From the human T2T-CHM13v2.0 reference genome, Homo sapiens: a stretch of 64,000 nucleotides of DNA. The translations under genes were made by a program, and so were the position numbers. Of this stretch, positions 27,551 through 44,666 are shown in pieces. The stretch is taken from assembly GCF_009914755.1 (NCBI RefSeq), contig NC_060934.1; one strand, 5' to 3'. Below the pieces are notes generated by a model. That model was not told where the DNA came from. It was given only the letters and a program-made list of their open reading frames with translations, and did not search any database. Positions within the stretch are counted from its first letter, which is position 1. Every line of letters begins with the position of its first letter.

Positions 27551-29887
27551 TACCAGAGTTATTTCCCCACTGCAGACACTCCTCTGATCTCATAGTGTGT
27601 TCATTTTTATCCAAAAGAAAGTCCCTCTGATTTTGGAAATCATACATGGATGCTCACTATGATTTAGTATGTGAAATATAGCCAGTGGTCTCTATTGAAA
27701 TGAGCGGTGGTCTTTAGAAGCGAAGCAAGTTTCTTTGGACTGAAAGACATCATAGCAGTTTTGACAAGAAGCAGAAATGACAAGTTACAGATACACACAA
27801 TAATACAGTTTTCTGAAAAGTGTTTCATACTGTGCAGCTAGATCAAGTATTGCCCTTTGAGAAACTGAGAATAGCTCTAATCTCTAAATGGCTGCATTTA
27901 GAATTGAGCCATGATCACCCCTGATGAGAAGATACCATTGGCCCAAACTCATATTTGAGGATTCCCTCACTGATAGGCAACTTATGAGTGCAAGAACATT
28001 TTAATTGGAAAATACAATGTTCCATTTTGTCTATTTCCCACTCATTTATTTAGTGCACGGGCAGCATCTTGGTCTTAGTGATATTTTGTTTTTGTTGTTT
28101 ATTTCACACTTGATGTCATAATCCTCTTTGTGACATCTTCATAGTGGTTGCTATGGAAATTATTAGAATATCACACAGCAAGGATGATTACCTTTAGAGG
28201 CCACCATACAGACCATATGAACTCTTAAAGACACTACTTTAGGCAATTGTTCCTAAACAAAATAGAAATCCAAAATCCAAAAATAGACTTCTAGAAACAC
28301 ATATCGATACAAATAAAATGATTCTTGTAGGCCACTGTAGTCCAGCAGCAGCCATGCTCATCTTTGATAACCCCTGGATATGGTATATAAATGTAAAATG
28401 TTCTTAGTAACTTCTTTTTCTTCTTTATGTTGTGTTCTACCCAGATTTTTTTAAATATTGAATTGTTTTTGAGCTAATTTTTTCCTCCAAAGACTCAGAT
28501 AAGACTGTCTTACAAAGATCTAAAACAGTGAAATTAATCCAAAGTTGCTCAAAGAAGCTCTAAAATCTCAAGCCCATGTATACGAGTGCCAGTATTGCCA
28601 GCCCACCTATATGCTGGGAATAACATTAGAAGCCACACTCTCTTCTACACACAAATTTCTCCTCTCTGAGTTTAAAAAAATACCAGTATTATTTCGCATC
28701 CTAAATCATTCAAATGCATATAATTTCAGTGCCTGGAGATATCAGGTGTAATTATTCACATTTGCAAGAAGCAAGAAGAAATCTTTAGGTCATAAATTAA
28801 CAGTAATGGTACATGTAATTTAGTACTTATTTGTATTTAGTACATTTCCAAAGTGTTTAAAGAGTGCTTTTATAAGCAATTTCCTATGACACCTAATTAT
28901 TCCCAAGTAAGGATAAGTTGGATCCAGTGCTGGTTTCCGTGTCATACCAGCCATTTCTAGCCACTGTGGTTAGTACACAAACCTGATCCCATCCAGCCCA
29001 GTGTGTCCTGCCCTATACGGCAAATCCCAAAATTCAAAGCAATTAGAATAGGTTGCTTTTTGTCTTAAATATGCATTTATCTGTGACTATTATACTAGCA
29101 AAAATGATTCTGCTTTTTTTTTTTAGCAAGCATCCATGGAGTATGTACTATGAGATGAGCCCCTTCTAGTGTGACATTTAATTGGTCAATTGTTATTAAT
29201 TTTGTTTTACCCTCAGACTCTGACTACAGGATAAAAATTTGTAAGTCATAAAGAGGCTCTCTAGGAGGAGGAGGGAGATTTTCCCACCCAAATCCCCTCT
29301 ACACCAAAAATGGAAGCTAATTACCAACTCTCCATTTTACCAATCTTTCCTGTTGGATGCAGTTTGTATATGGAGTTCTCAAAACAGCACACATAGCCAG
29401 CCTTCCAGTATATAACCAGAGCTTTAAGGCTCAAGAAGCCTGACTCGAAGGCGTGAATATGAGTTTATTCCTGCCGGAAACGTTTCTTCCATGAAAGATA
29501 GGCAGAACGTGGCTGCCGTCAAATCCATCAAAACCATGCCACGTAAAAAAAAAAAAAACAAAACAAAAAAAAACTATGATAAAAACTGAAGAGACATTTG
29601 AAAAGAGGCCTGTTTCATGGACATGGCCTACTTGTGATTTTCTGTTTCTTCCATCATCACTCGGCAAGCAAGCAGAACTGGGGTCAGACCTCGTGCAAAA
29701 TAACATTTATTGGTCACAGCTGCTGCTTCATCACCTTGATTTCTTACTAAATTATTTTCCTTTCATTACTCGTATCTCCTTTCATAGTTTTCAAGGCAAT
29801 TTTCTAGTCCATGTGAATTTGTTCAATCTCTCCTCCTAGATTCATGTAAACATTTTCACATATTCATCCAAATTCTTCTCTTCTTCC

Positions 29888-29901
29888 GCACCCCCTGGTG
29901 A
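29888..29901 (-). promoter_or_regulatory. Candidate CTCF motif
   Basis: Minus strand TCACCAGGGGGTGC, 12/14 to the core CCACCAGGGGGCGC; motif match only. Confidence 0.35.
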
Positions 29902-32058
29902 GCTCTCTTTGAAGTCGAGAGCTTGGCAGATCCTTCCCAACAGAGCAGCCTGTCTCCTCCTGGGGCTTCGAGTTGTGTGTTGTGTTTAACCTCCTCCTAA
30001 CTGGCCTGCTTGCCAAGAGTTAGTATAATTTTAAACCAGTTCCATTTCCCTCCATTGAGTATAACCATCCCTACAAAGACCGCCTATCTTCGTTCTGCCT
30101 CCCTGGTGATGGATTTTTTCCTGCCAGTCTCTGCCTAATGGAGGGTGACCCCTCTAAAATGACCATGGAAGCAGCTGACCATCAAGCCTCCCTACCTTTA
30201 AACTTAATGTAGGTATCTCTGGGTAAGTCATATCACCGTTGGGAATTTCTCAGTACCTCTGTACTTGAGCAGGGATGATAATCGGGTCTTCCCATCTGCT
30301 TTATGCAATGTGCGGGCAAAACACGTTTGATGCTACCTGCATCATGTTGATATTATTTCCTGCCTGTCATTTGGTTTTGATGGCATAGGGATGGAAATGA
30401 ACACTAACTGTCCTTATTTTGCATTTTTGCCTGGTTATTAGTATCTCAAACTGCTTAGCTTCTGCCTTTGTCATTTCTCATTTTAATTAGATGGCCAGTC
30501 CAGGGCATGAATTCTCCAGCCCCTTGAATCTTAACCATTCATCTAACACAGATCAGCTGCCTCACCTCCTTGCTTTTCACAGCTTTCTTTCACTGCTTTC
30601 TGCTTTTAAATCTTGTAGCAGGATTTGTTATTATGAAGATGGAATAGTCTGCATTCTTTGACGGCAACAAGTAAAATCTGCAAAACACCGGGATAACAGA
30701 CAACATAGACAATATTGACACAGACATTAAAAGTCAGATATTTAATATTCAATTATGCATTCATTCACCAAAATTTGTTACAGTCACCCCGTTTGCTTAC
30801 AGAGAATGTAAGAATTTGATTAGTGCTGTCAGCCTCTTGGAGAGATGCTATGCCAAATAAGCTTAGACGAAAAACAGACCCAGATTTCAGATTGATTAGC
30901 CATTTTATATAGAGTTTGAATTCAAAAATTTTAGAAGCTTAAGGAAATCATTTTAACTTTAACTTCTGAAGGAGGCCAAGCCTGAAAATTGAGTTCTAAT
31001 GCATGTTGTAAAAGAATTCTCATTATCCTTCTGACCTCCCTCTGCTTAAGACTGAACAGAAACCAACATTGTGAAGCAGTTTCTTGATTTGGTGGAAACC
31101 TGTTACTAGTCTCATAGACGTAAAATCGGAGATTTCGGTGGTATTGATTTTAGAGTTGCTATTCTTAGTAAGTATTAATATAATAAAATCATTATGCTTT
31201 TAAATTATTAAATGAGTGATTTAAATATCTTGAATGTACCAAAAATAGATAACTGTTTAGGTTGGTTTTGTACCAACCTAATACCACATCACTGCTAAAT
31301 CATATGCCTTCGCAGTTTTCCAAAGCATCACCTTTGCTGCCTGGTGTCACCATGTGTTAGACAGAGAAGTATGGGAGATAGAAAGTGTTATCTTAATTTC
31401 TAACTGAGAACTGGATGGTATCTGAGAAAAGCACCTACCTAGGCTCTGGCTTCCTTGAAGTAAGTCCTTAGGAAATATTTGTTGAATTTGTTAAACAGTC
31501 ATCAAGATTTTTTCAAGGATAGGATTCTCTTGCGGAGTTTAGAAAAATATTAAAATTGAGCCTGATGTTGTCTAGGTAAGAGGTCCATCCTTTAAAAGTC
31601 TGCAAGCTGGTGGAGCTGGAAATGGAGGCTGTTCTAAAGAAATCATCCCTACCCACACTGGGGTGATAGAATCTAAGGACTCTTTCAATAAATATTTCTC
31701 CAAGGTTTCTTTTGTGCCAAGAAGCCTTGTCCTAGACACTGTGTGTAAAACACACAAAAAATTGAACAGGTAGGATGGCCTTTGCTTTCTTGGAGTTTTC
31801 AGTCTAGTGAAAGAGACAAATAATAAGCCAGTAAAGAAACGCACTTGCAAATTGTGGCAAGTGCAACGAAGGAAAGGGGAAGGATACATTGCTAGATGGT
31901 GTCTGGAGGCTGACGGAAGGCGGCAGGCACCTGAACCTGGAGTGTAAGAAAGATTCCGTTTCAAAAGAGCAGCTGAGGGAAAGCGGGGATCATCAGGGAT
32001 ACAGAGCTAAAAAGGACAGCCTCAGAGGATGCTCTGAGGATGGAAAATACTGGCATAA

Positions 32059-32822
<764 letters not shown>

Positions 32823-32899
32823 AGTGCTAAGTGCAAATTATGTTGCTTTCAGGAGAGGAGGGGCAGGATCCCAAGTATATATTCAAGAATTCTCTCTGG

Positions 32900-33206
32900 G
32901 GTCTGGCGCGGTGGCTCACGCCTGTAATCCCAGCACTTTGGGAGGCTAAGGCGGGCGGATCACGAGGTCAGGAGATCGAGACCATCCCGGCTAGCACAGT
33001 GAAACCCTGTCTCTACTAAAAATACAAAAAAGTAGCCGGCCATGGTCATGGGCACCTGTAGTCCCAGCTGCTCAGGAGGCTGAGACAGGAGAATAGCATG
33101 AACCCAGAAGGCAGAACTGGCAGTGAGCCGAGGTTGTGCCACTACACTCCATCCTGGGTGACAGAGCGAGACTCTGTCTCAAAAAAAAAAAAAAAAAAAA
33201 AAAAAA
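32900..33206 (+). mobile_element. AluY-type SINE
   Basis: Full dimer; perfect TSD AAGAATTCTCTCTG at 32885-32898 and 33205-33218. Confidence 0.97.
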
Positions 33207-34434
33207 GAATTCTCTCTGAAAGAGGTCAATGGCAGGACAGAGGAGTCCAGGGAAAAGGACTGACAATGAGCTGGTGGTGACTTGGATCAGGTGGTGGTTG
33301 TGGAGATAAACAGATGTGGGTGAATTGGAAGCAGAGTCTGTAAAGGAAGCAATAGGGTTTGCTGTGTTTGGTGAGTGAGATGAGAATGTCAAAGATGATT
33401 CAGCCTTCCAGTTTGCCAAACCAGTATGAATTGTTCAGTTTACTGAGATCGGGAGAAGGGAGAGAGCCAGGTAGTATTTTTGCTTTACGGGAGATTCGTA
33501 GCAGGAATTAAGAGTTCACTGTATGAATGTGTTGAGTTTGAAATGCTTGCAAGAAAACAGAGTGAAATGTCAACTAGATAATTGTATTATTCGTCTAGAA
33601 ATGCTTATTTAATGTCTACTATGTGTCACATATTGTTGTACTGTTATAGAATACTCATGATTCTAGATCTACAGGATATTTGGGCTGGATATAAAATCAA
33701 CTTAGAGCTTCTGTGAGCGTGGGCTTCATTACAGAAGGCATATCACCTTCTACTCCCTCTATAATAAATAGGCTACAGCATGGGGAACAAGCTGAGGGTA
33801 CTAAGTGGCCTAGAAATCTAAATTACAGTTTTATGTGCTATCCATCAAAATTGTGGATTAAATGGCACCTGAGTGACAGAAATCAGCCAACAATGTTTAC
33901 TAAGCATCAATGTGCAAACAATATTATTATTTATTTAGAATATCAAAATACTGATACAATCTGAATGTCTCATAAAGGAGGAAGGGTGAATAGTATAGAG
34001 TCATAGAATGGGATGTTAAGCACCATTGCAAATTATATTTTTTAAATATTTAATGGCATAAGATACTATTTTAAATGTATACATGAAAAGAAGGCTGCTC
34101 GGATGCATTTGTAGTATGATCCCAGCTTTATTTAAAGATTGCAAGTAATGTCTATAAAGACGAAAAGACTGGAAGCAAATTAGTAAAAATGTTCATGATT
34201 GTTATCAATAAATGATATGATTTAAGGTAATTTTCATATTTTCTCTTTGCTTTTAAGCATTTTCAGAATGTTTTATAATGAGCCAATCTGACTGTTCTAA
34301 ATTGAAGCTAGTGGTAATTAGTAAAGAGAAAAGGGCACCTTGGTAAGAACCTTGGGGAAATAAGAGGAACAAGTAGATAGGACCCCTACCCTCAATTCAA
34401 ATGTATAGAATGATCTATCAAAAGCAATGCCATA

Positions 34435-34758
<324 letters not shown>

Positions 34759-36842
34759 TCACTGAAAGGATCAGTCCTACTATTTTTTATAGTTAGTGTA
34801 GTATTTGGTTAGAGCTCTTGGGGAAAATGCAAAAAATCAGAGAAAGATTCTGAACCAGGGAAGGCAGATGAAAGAAGTGAAATTGTTATGGTTAACTAAT
34901 ACTTACTGTGCATTGACATGGGTCAGGCACTCTTTTAAGTATTTTAACATTTAAGAAAGACAACTGAAGAAGGTGAAATTCACATTGGATTAATTTGGAT
35001 TAAATACTGTCCATTTCCCTGTCAGATGCTCTGATGTAAAACAAGGAATTGAAAAAATTTAACAAATAAATTTATTCACGCAAATACACATGTGTGTATA
35101 CGTGTGTTCCATCTTAAAGTTAATTAGGCAAGAGAAAGTTAAAGTTTAATTAAAACTTTTGTCACAAATTCTAGCCCTGGTGATAAGGTGGAAGAATAGA
35201 ATGATTGTCACCTGTCTGTTGATTTCTCATTAATTAAATCCCAGCTGGCAAAGGCGTCCTTGAAACTCAAGTGGTGAGACCCTGCTGAAATTTGGTTGCC
35301 ATGGGTGCAGATTGAGGTCCCTGGAGTCACTAAATCCGTTCCATTCTTATTCCAACTTAGACACTAGCATCTATGAAATCCAAATCCCTTTGTTAAAGAT
35401 GATACAAAGACCTACAGAAATAACAAACATTCCTTCTCAAAATAATTGTTTGAGGATTTCGAACCCGTTTCAGCGATGTCTAGAAATCCCTGAATATTCC
35501 TTGCACTCTTTTTAGAATCCAGCAGGCTTAAGAAGATCTCACTGTGCTAACAATAGCTCCTTTTCTGAGAAATATTGGAGTGCTGAGCCTGTGGGAGCAA
35601 AACCTTTCTGGGATCTTGGTTTGGGAGTGCATTTATAAATCAGATTTTCTGGTGCCTCTTTGTCCTTTTGTGAAAAATAAGTATCTCTGCCCTACAAGCA
35701 TTTATGCCAAATGGAGAGAGAACTCACTGCGTTCCATGAGGAAGTTTGCTTTCCAAACAGCTGACTTCAGTCTGGAGGTAGAGACACAAATGTCCTGGAA
35801 AGTAAAAGAATGTAGTTCCAATTCAGCTATAATTCCAAGTCTGACAAAGAAGCAAGTTCGTATCTGAAGGGCACAGAATGATAACTCCTTAAGGGGCAAA
35901 ATAGACCACCATAGATAGTTGTTATACATGCCAGCCATGTTGTAATTCCACCCAGATGGTGTTTTTTGCCTTTTTTTCTCTGATAGTCCCTTTAAGTAGA
36001 ACTTCATGCTGATGAGGCAGGGCACTGCATTCAGTCTCAATATTGACCAGTGATGTTACCTTCCTTCTATGGCTGTAAATTCCATGACTAAGCTTTTGTT
36101 CATTGCTAACCCCTGGTCACAAAAGATTAAGTTGATAGTAGAGGTGGATCAGCACAAATCTCGTACTGCTTTGGGAAAAAAAATAAGATTAATATTATGA
36201 TTTAATGAGTAGTTAAATTGGGTGTGTTTGTGAAATACATCGTATTTCCAATTTGCGAATGGAAATTTTTTTAATTGAGAAATTAAACAATCAAGTGTGG
36301 TTTCTGGTACTAATAGATTCTCATGTTGCATAGCTCTCGTGACCTGGCTCTTTGATTAAAGTTTAAAATACATCCACAGATAAAATAGACCCATGAAATC
36401 AAATATTCTTGCTGAGAAAAGATGTGTTAGTAACAACAAATTATGACCTGCTTCGGTCACTGAATTGATGAAGGGGAAGTTTTACCTAATCTACTGGTGT
36501 TCTCACTGAAAACATGCAAGAGGTCACAGACGAAGGTTGCTTCTCAGAATTCACAGCAGGGCATGGACCATATCCAGATGTTGGTTCCATTTGGCTTGTA
36601 CTCCTCCCAGGAGAGAGTCAGGCCTGGGATCTGGTCCGTGGACACTACCTGGAGGGTTTCTGTCATTGTCACTATTAACCATGGCTAAAGTACCCATCAC
36701 AGTGCAGAACCCTCCTTATGTCTAAGATGCCAGTAGTAGCAAGTGGATAGCTGCAGCTTTTAAATAAAGCTGGCTCTAGAAATATGACAGAGCACTGTGA
36801 CTTAGCAGGACATGACGTTTTGTTATATTTCAAGATACTCCA

Positions 36843-37176
<334 letters not shown>

Positions 37177-37423
37177 CTAAAAGAATTTAGGCAAAATAAT
37201 TTACTGGTATTACTCATGGGAGCAAAATACCGGTAGTAAAAAAAAAAAAAAAAAAAAAAAATTCTACCATGATAGGCATTAAAAGTGGGATTCTGAGTCT
37301 CAGAATTATTCTGTTGCTAATCCCTGGTTCAGGAGAATCCTAGTTCAAATATTCACAAACCAATATTGCACACGTTTACATACATTACCATTGTTCCCAA
37401 ACATCACATAACGTACTTAAAGA

Positions 37424-37648
37424 CAGTGTTTTCCAACTAATGTGAGCCCTTGGTGAATTGTAAAATCTACGTTGTGGGTTGCAACTACCCTTTTTAATTT
37501 TTAAATGAAAGACATAGAATAAATAATTCTCTGAGTGCATTAAATATTAAAAAGGTAAGCATTGCTTGGTGAAATGTTTGTTTTAGTTTGTGTGTATTTG
37601 GTGGGGATGGATCTTAAGTCACACCGTGAAAGACAATTTAAGGCCATT
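37424..37648. mobile_element. hAT-Charlie MITE (MER112/MER113-like)
   Basis: CAGTGTTTTCCAACT start; TTGTAAAATC..GTGGGTTGC..GAGTGCAT..GGTAAGCATTG..GTGAAATGTTTGTTTTAGTT. Confidence 0.6.
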
Positions 37649-37732
37649 ATCATAGAAAGTTTATGTCTCTTTAATTATCAAGGGTCACATTTTAAAAACT
37701 TTTTCTCTAAAAATGAATTCCAATTTCCAAAG

Positions 37733-37735
<3 letters not shown>

Positions 37736-37768
<33 letters not shown>
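37736..37768. repeat. (TG)16 microsatellite
   Basis: Read directly. Confidence 0.99.
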
Positions 37769-37770
<2 letters not shown>

Positions 37771-38498
37771 AGATCAAGAGTGCATATGGGATTTTGCTTC
37801 TCTATTTGTGCGTGTGTGTAACTCTGCAACAGAGTGATTCACAAAAAAATATATACTTTAGCTCAAAGTTGCAAGCATTCCACCATCACTTCCAATCCAC
37901 TTAAAAGGAGAATATCCTCTTTTCTTGCTCCCTGGTATCATTGCGGATACGAATGGTGTCATGAAAAGTGAGCCCACTCCCAGACCAGAAATGTATCCAA
38001 GGACCGGGAAACACACTACCATGTTAATCAATTATATAGCTTTCTTCTTGGACAACTTAAGTAGCATTTCTCTTTCTTATATTAAAAAATCACAAGTCTT
38101 TTGAGAGAACTTATAAGATGAACAGTTGACTTTTGAAACAGTAAAATTCTTCCTAATTTTCCTACCTTAGGGACTTGGTCACATGCACCTGACTTCACCA
38201 ATTAAAACTAAAGTTTATGCATTGAACTATAGAAAAAACATGGCCCCTTCTTGAGGTTATACAGATAATTCCAGAGCAAAACCCATGACATCTAGGAAAC
38301 AGGCCGCATTGCTTAATGTGGATGCTTAATTTGTATTTTCAATGTGTATTTATAGGTGAGGGTTTATTATGAACAGGATGTTCAACAGATCAAATGCATT
38401 GATGCAATTAGGTTCCTGCTTGTTGAGACATGTTTCATAGCTCTTATTAAAAGTAAACATAAATAAAGGTTGTTTGGAGATTTGTACATGCTGAGGTG

Positions 38499-38500
<2 letters not shown>

Positions 38501-38529
<29 letters not shown>
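38501..38529. repeat. (T)29 mononucleotide run
   Basis: Read directly. Confidence 0.98.
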
Positions 38530-38531
<2 letters not shown>

Positions 38532-38568
38532 TATTTGACTAGAAAAGCATTTGAAATTAACTACTTAA

Positions 38569-38894
<326 letters not shown>

Positions 38895-39782
38895 AAACAG
38901 AAGCACTCTTAATCGTGTTCTTTAAGAAACTAGAAGAGACACTAGACAGCTTCAAATGATGACTACAAGGAAGCATGATCAGGAAGAAGTGGTTTCTAAG
39001 TGAACTCTGCTGTCTTAGAATTTCATGATTTAAGGGTGTTTAGCCCCAGGTCTATTTTTGTTGTTCACAGTTTAAGTCTAGATTATTTAGGTATCTTTAA
39101 TTAGGTTTCAGCCATTTTGCCAAATTTAAAACACCAGTAATGTGGTGCCAAAAATACTGATAACTTGACTCCTTGCTCTTTAGCCTCAGCTCTTTTTATA
39201 GATTTGAATTCTACGTGTTCTCTGAAGCCCAGAACAAGTCTCCATGCTCCACGGCCTCTCCTAATTACCCAAGCCTTAAGTAATAACTCCTTCTTATGAT
39301 AACACCTGTATGAATTCCTCAGCAGCAAGCCATCGGCGTCAGTCAACGGACAATGAGAATATGCTTTGTGAATTATTATTGCTTTTTAAAACTTAGATGT
39401 TCTGTTTCCCTCAATAAGTAGATCATTTGCTTCCTGTGGGCAGAAACAATCTTCACTGGCTTCCAAGATGATACAAATTGATAACTTTAAATATACACCA
39501 AGGTTATGTTTACAAAAGACAAATGCCAGGATGAAACTTGAAAGGGAGAAAAAAATAAGAGGTGGCAAAAGGCAGGTTTGTAATCTCAAAATGTCATAAA
39601 AAATCTCTATCTTAGTAGATACAAAGAATTCCTAGGTAATTAACAGATAATTGACATAACCTCTTATCGTTTTACACCAGATACTTGGGATGACAGAGTG
39701 AGAACATGAGTTTCTTCCTCTCTCATATTCATATTTATCTTCTATTGGCTCTTCTTCACAGTGCATTAAAATTCTAATCATA

Positions 39783-40320
39783 TTGTTCTGGACAGCTTTG
39801 GTAGCAAGTAACAGAAAACCCAGCTCAAACTGGCTTCAACAATACCGGCATTTACTTGCCAAACACGGGGGAAATTCAGGGCTGGGATAGGCTTCAGTGT
39901 TGCCTTCATCTACTGGCTCTGCTACATTTTCGCGCGCAGTCTCTATGGCTCTGCTCTCCTGCGTCTGCTGCTTCCTCCTCAGATTGGTCTTGACACAGCA
40001 CCAGTCGCTCTACGACAGGTGCACAGGACAAATGGTCCAAAGGGAAAAGAGAAAGAGACATCTTTGTAACCCTTCTCAGAAGAGTGAGGAACATCTTTCC
40101 TAAAAAGACCCTCATGTGATGGCCACGCCCCCTCTTACGATGTTATATCACGTGATCCTTCCTATGCTGGATCTTAGTACAGTCACTCTTCAACCACGGG
40201 TAGGATCAGATTCACAAGACACCTGAGCTGAGTGGAAAATCAGCCAGTACATTAATACAACTGGTGTTTTCTTGGGAAGAAGAAATGAGAGAATGGATGC
40301 CAGACGCACAACCAAAAACA
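39783..40320 (-). mobile_element. Ancient ERVL/MaLR LTR (MLT1K/L- or LTR33-like)
   Basis: GCAAGTAACAGAAAACCCAGCTCAAACTGGCTT at the left and GAGAATGGATGCCAG at the right are typical of these LTRs in antisense. Confidence 0.65.
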
Positions 40321-40763
40321 ACCCAAATTCCAACTTGCCAAAAATTCTTTTTTACCCGAATAGAGTCAAAGCAAACCATCCTAATGACCATCCCTCTGTT
40401 GTTCAGTATTAACTCATGTTGGTTTTATTAAATATAAAATGCTGCCTGGTCAAGGAATCTATGTTTTTCACAATAATTTCATAGACATAGTATTAGGGGA
40501 AAATGTAAATAATTATTTATTTTGAAAGAAACCATTTCATGTAACACCAAGATTCACTTTCTTCTGTATTCTGCATACCTGAAATAGTACAGGAAACATG
40601 GTGGCCCGCCAAAAATAATGATACTATTTCTTTCCATTTCTATATATTTTCCTTTGGCAGATGACTATTACACTTTTCAGGTCATTTAATATTCTCATAC
40701 AGCAGACCTTTCAAAAGTTCTGTCTGTATTTAAATGTGTTTAAGAAAATTTATCTTGCTGATT

Positions 40764-40809
40764 ATTAAAAGTAATGGTAAAAACCACAGTTACTTTTGCA
40801 TCAACCTAA
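40764..40809. mobile_element. MADE1 (Hsmar1 MITE) half element
   Basis: ATTAAAAGTAATGGTAAAAACCACAGTTACTTTTGCATCAACCTAA followed by TA; one TIR only. Confidence 0.88.
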
Positions 40810-41304
40810 TAAATATTTGGATAGTCATTCTGTTTGAGATAGAGTTGGGATTTTTACCTGAAAATAAAACACTCTCATGGTTTTCAACTGGCATTTTTAT
40901 TTTCACTTTTTCTAAAATAAAACTGCATTAAATGTTAATTTATAAAATCTATGCCATATCATATATTTTATTTCATATTTGTTGAGTAATTTTTCACTGA
41001 ACATCAGGGATCCCTTAGATTCCCATTGACTAGGTCTCTGATATGTTGCCTTTAATGATGCAGTTATATTTAAATTAACTCTTGATAATAATGATATTTT
41101 TATTGATTCCTTTATTTTTCTTTTCTTGAACTACCACTCTATTCACATCTATTCACTCTATTCCATTCATTTGTGATCAGTAATTTTCTAGGAATGATTG
41201 TCTTAGTGCAAATATAAAGACTAAAAATCAGATTGACTTAAAGAAGCAGTAATTTTTGCTATTTGCTGGACAAAATGGCAATATCCATTAAAAAATAACT
41301 ACGG

Positions 41305-41922
<618 letters not shown>

Positions 41923-43733
41923 TAGACTAACTCTGTGAATTCTTGGAATTCAACAATGACAATGACACACATGCACACACATGTATGTATGTATGTATAC
42001 AATCTAAAAGGCAAATCACTAAAAGAGAAGCTATTAAGAAACATATGAAAAGATACCAGCCTAAATATAAAAAGAGATACAAATGAAATCAACTACAGAC
42101 TTTTTCCCGAAAATATAAGAATAAGCTACTTGTCTTTAAATATATAGTTTGAAGAAGTTGGATCTACACCTGTGGCTTAGTAAAGCATTATGGCAAAAAC
42201 TTCCCTTTCTTTAGCAATGTGGAGAGAGGGAGGAAAAAAGAAGACACAGTTTCTGCCCTTGTTATCCTGCTGCTGAATTTGTTACAAGATGGTTAAATTT
42301 TATATAGTTTAAAACTTGTAAAGAATCTTTCAATAATGAAGAAGCAAAGTTTGTAAACTAGGCCCCTATGGAACCACACAGTTTGAGCCCCGGGACCTTC
42401 TCTCTGTTTGTGGTTGGGTTCAGGGGCCTGCACTCTGTCTACAGGTATCACAAATAAAATGTTGTTAGCAGCTGAATGATATTGACAGACCTATCAGCAA
42501 TCCGCAGATTTTCATTTTGAACTGTGGCATCCTGAAATAAGTTGAAGCAGAAATAATATCTCTGTGTTGAGAGATTTCAAATTCTTTTTATTGATAGGTA
42601 AACTACAGCTCTAGATATAACTAAGTGAAGCACGGCTGAAGAGGGAAGAAATAACACCTGGACTGCTGACTGCCATCGTGGAAGGGCAAAACAAGAGGAC
42701 ACAAATGCATCCAGCTATTCTCTGTGCTGCTTGGTGTAATAGATTAAACTTCAATGCACCTTGGGCTCTTTTCATGGGCTTTGCCTGTCACCTTTACACC
42801 CTTCAGAGTTCTATAAGGAATTATCAGCACTACGACTCTTTGGCAGTCTTAGTGGGAAACCCTGGGAGGTCAGGAATATGGGCCTGTGAAATGACATCTT
42901 CCTGCCTCGTCCAAAGATAGCATTCATCATCATTTAGGCAGATGTATGATGCTGCTAGGCAAAACGCCAGCCATGGATCACATCGGTGTCCCATTACAGA
43001 GCCTACGCTGTCCCAGTGTCTACAGAGTGGGAATCTCAAGGCTGGATACTGAGAGCCTTCCTGGAACTTCAGGGAAAATAAATGTACTAAATCAGTTGGT
43101 TAATTATCTGTGTCATTGACCTTGGTGCCTTAATGGAAAAATATGGTTCAGATATTACATGGCTATAAACAAAGAATTATAAGTAGCATCCAGTGTGTAA
43201 TTGACAGATTTGAGTGCATTTAATAGTGTGCAATGAAATAAGTCATCCAGGCCAAAACAAATGCCTTTCTTTTTTCTTGATTCCATACATTTCTTGTTTG
43301 CCTGACATATGCCTCACTGTGTTTCTTTAAGATCAATACAATGTGTCTTCTAACTTCATTTGTCTTTTGGTTAAAACTGCCTGTTGAACAAAGCTGCTAG
43401 GAGAGCTTCCCTATCTCCTAATTGTCAAAGAGTCCTCTCAATTTTTTTAACCTTGCCAAAAGCTGACATTCAGCTTCATTGGCACAGATCCTTGCTTCAC
43501 AGAGATATGAGCTATCGAATCAATGATTGCTTTGTAACACGGTTTGCCATCCATTCCGTGGACCTAAGCATAGCATGCAAATGCATCATTGAACAAATCC
43601 CAAAGGCATAAGACTGTATGAAAGGAAGGTAAAATAGGAACACATAGATGGAGATGCCAGGCCTAACTCATCCACCCTACATAAAGCAGGCATCTCTGAG
43701 TATTGGCTGGATTCACTAGAAGCTCAGTGCCCA

Positions 43734-44046
<313 letters not shown>

Positions 44047-44344
44047 TAGTGTCCATTTCTCTAATCAGCCAACCATGGCTCACCTTGGGCCCAATGCTTG
44101 AGGCTTCATGGCCCTAACAACACATAGGAGAATCACCATTGTCATGGTGATTCTTCTAGCAGTTTTATAAGTCTGAATTCTCATCTTCCTCTCCCTGCCA
44201 GAAGATAAGGGAACCAGACTCCAAGTATTTCCTGAATATGTAGGCTTGTTGCAAAATCATACAGAGAAGACAAATTATATTCTTGAAAAGACGGTGATAT
44301 TCCTATATAGAAATAGTAGTTAAAATAGCCAGGTTCTTAAAATC

Positions 44345-44666
<322 letters not shown>

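Noticed and set aside
37238-37261. Orphan (A)24 as an extremely truncated retro-insertion
   Set aside because: No flanking TSD or element remnant.
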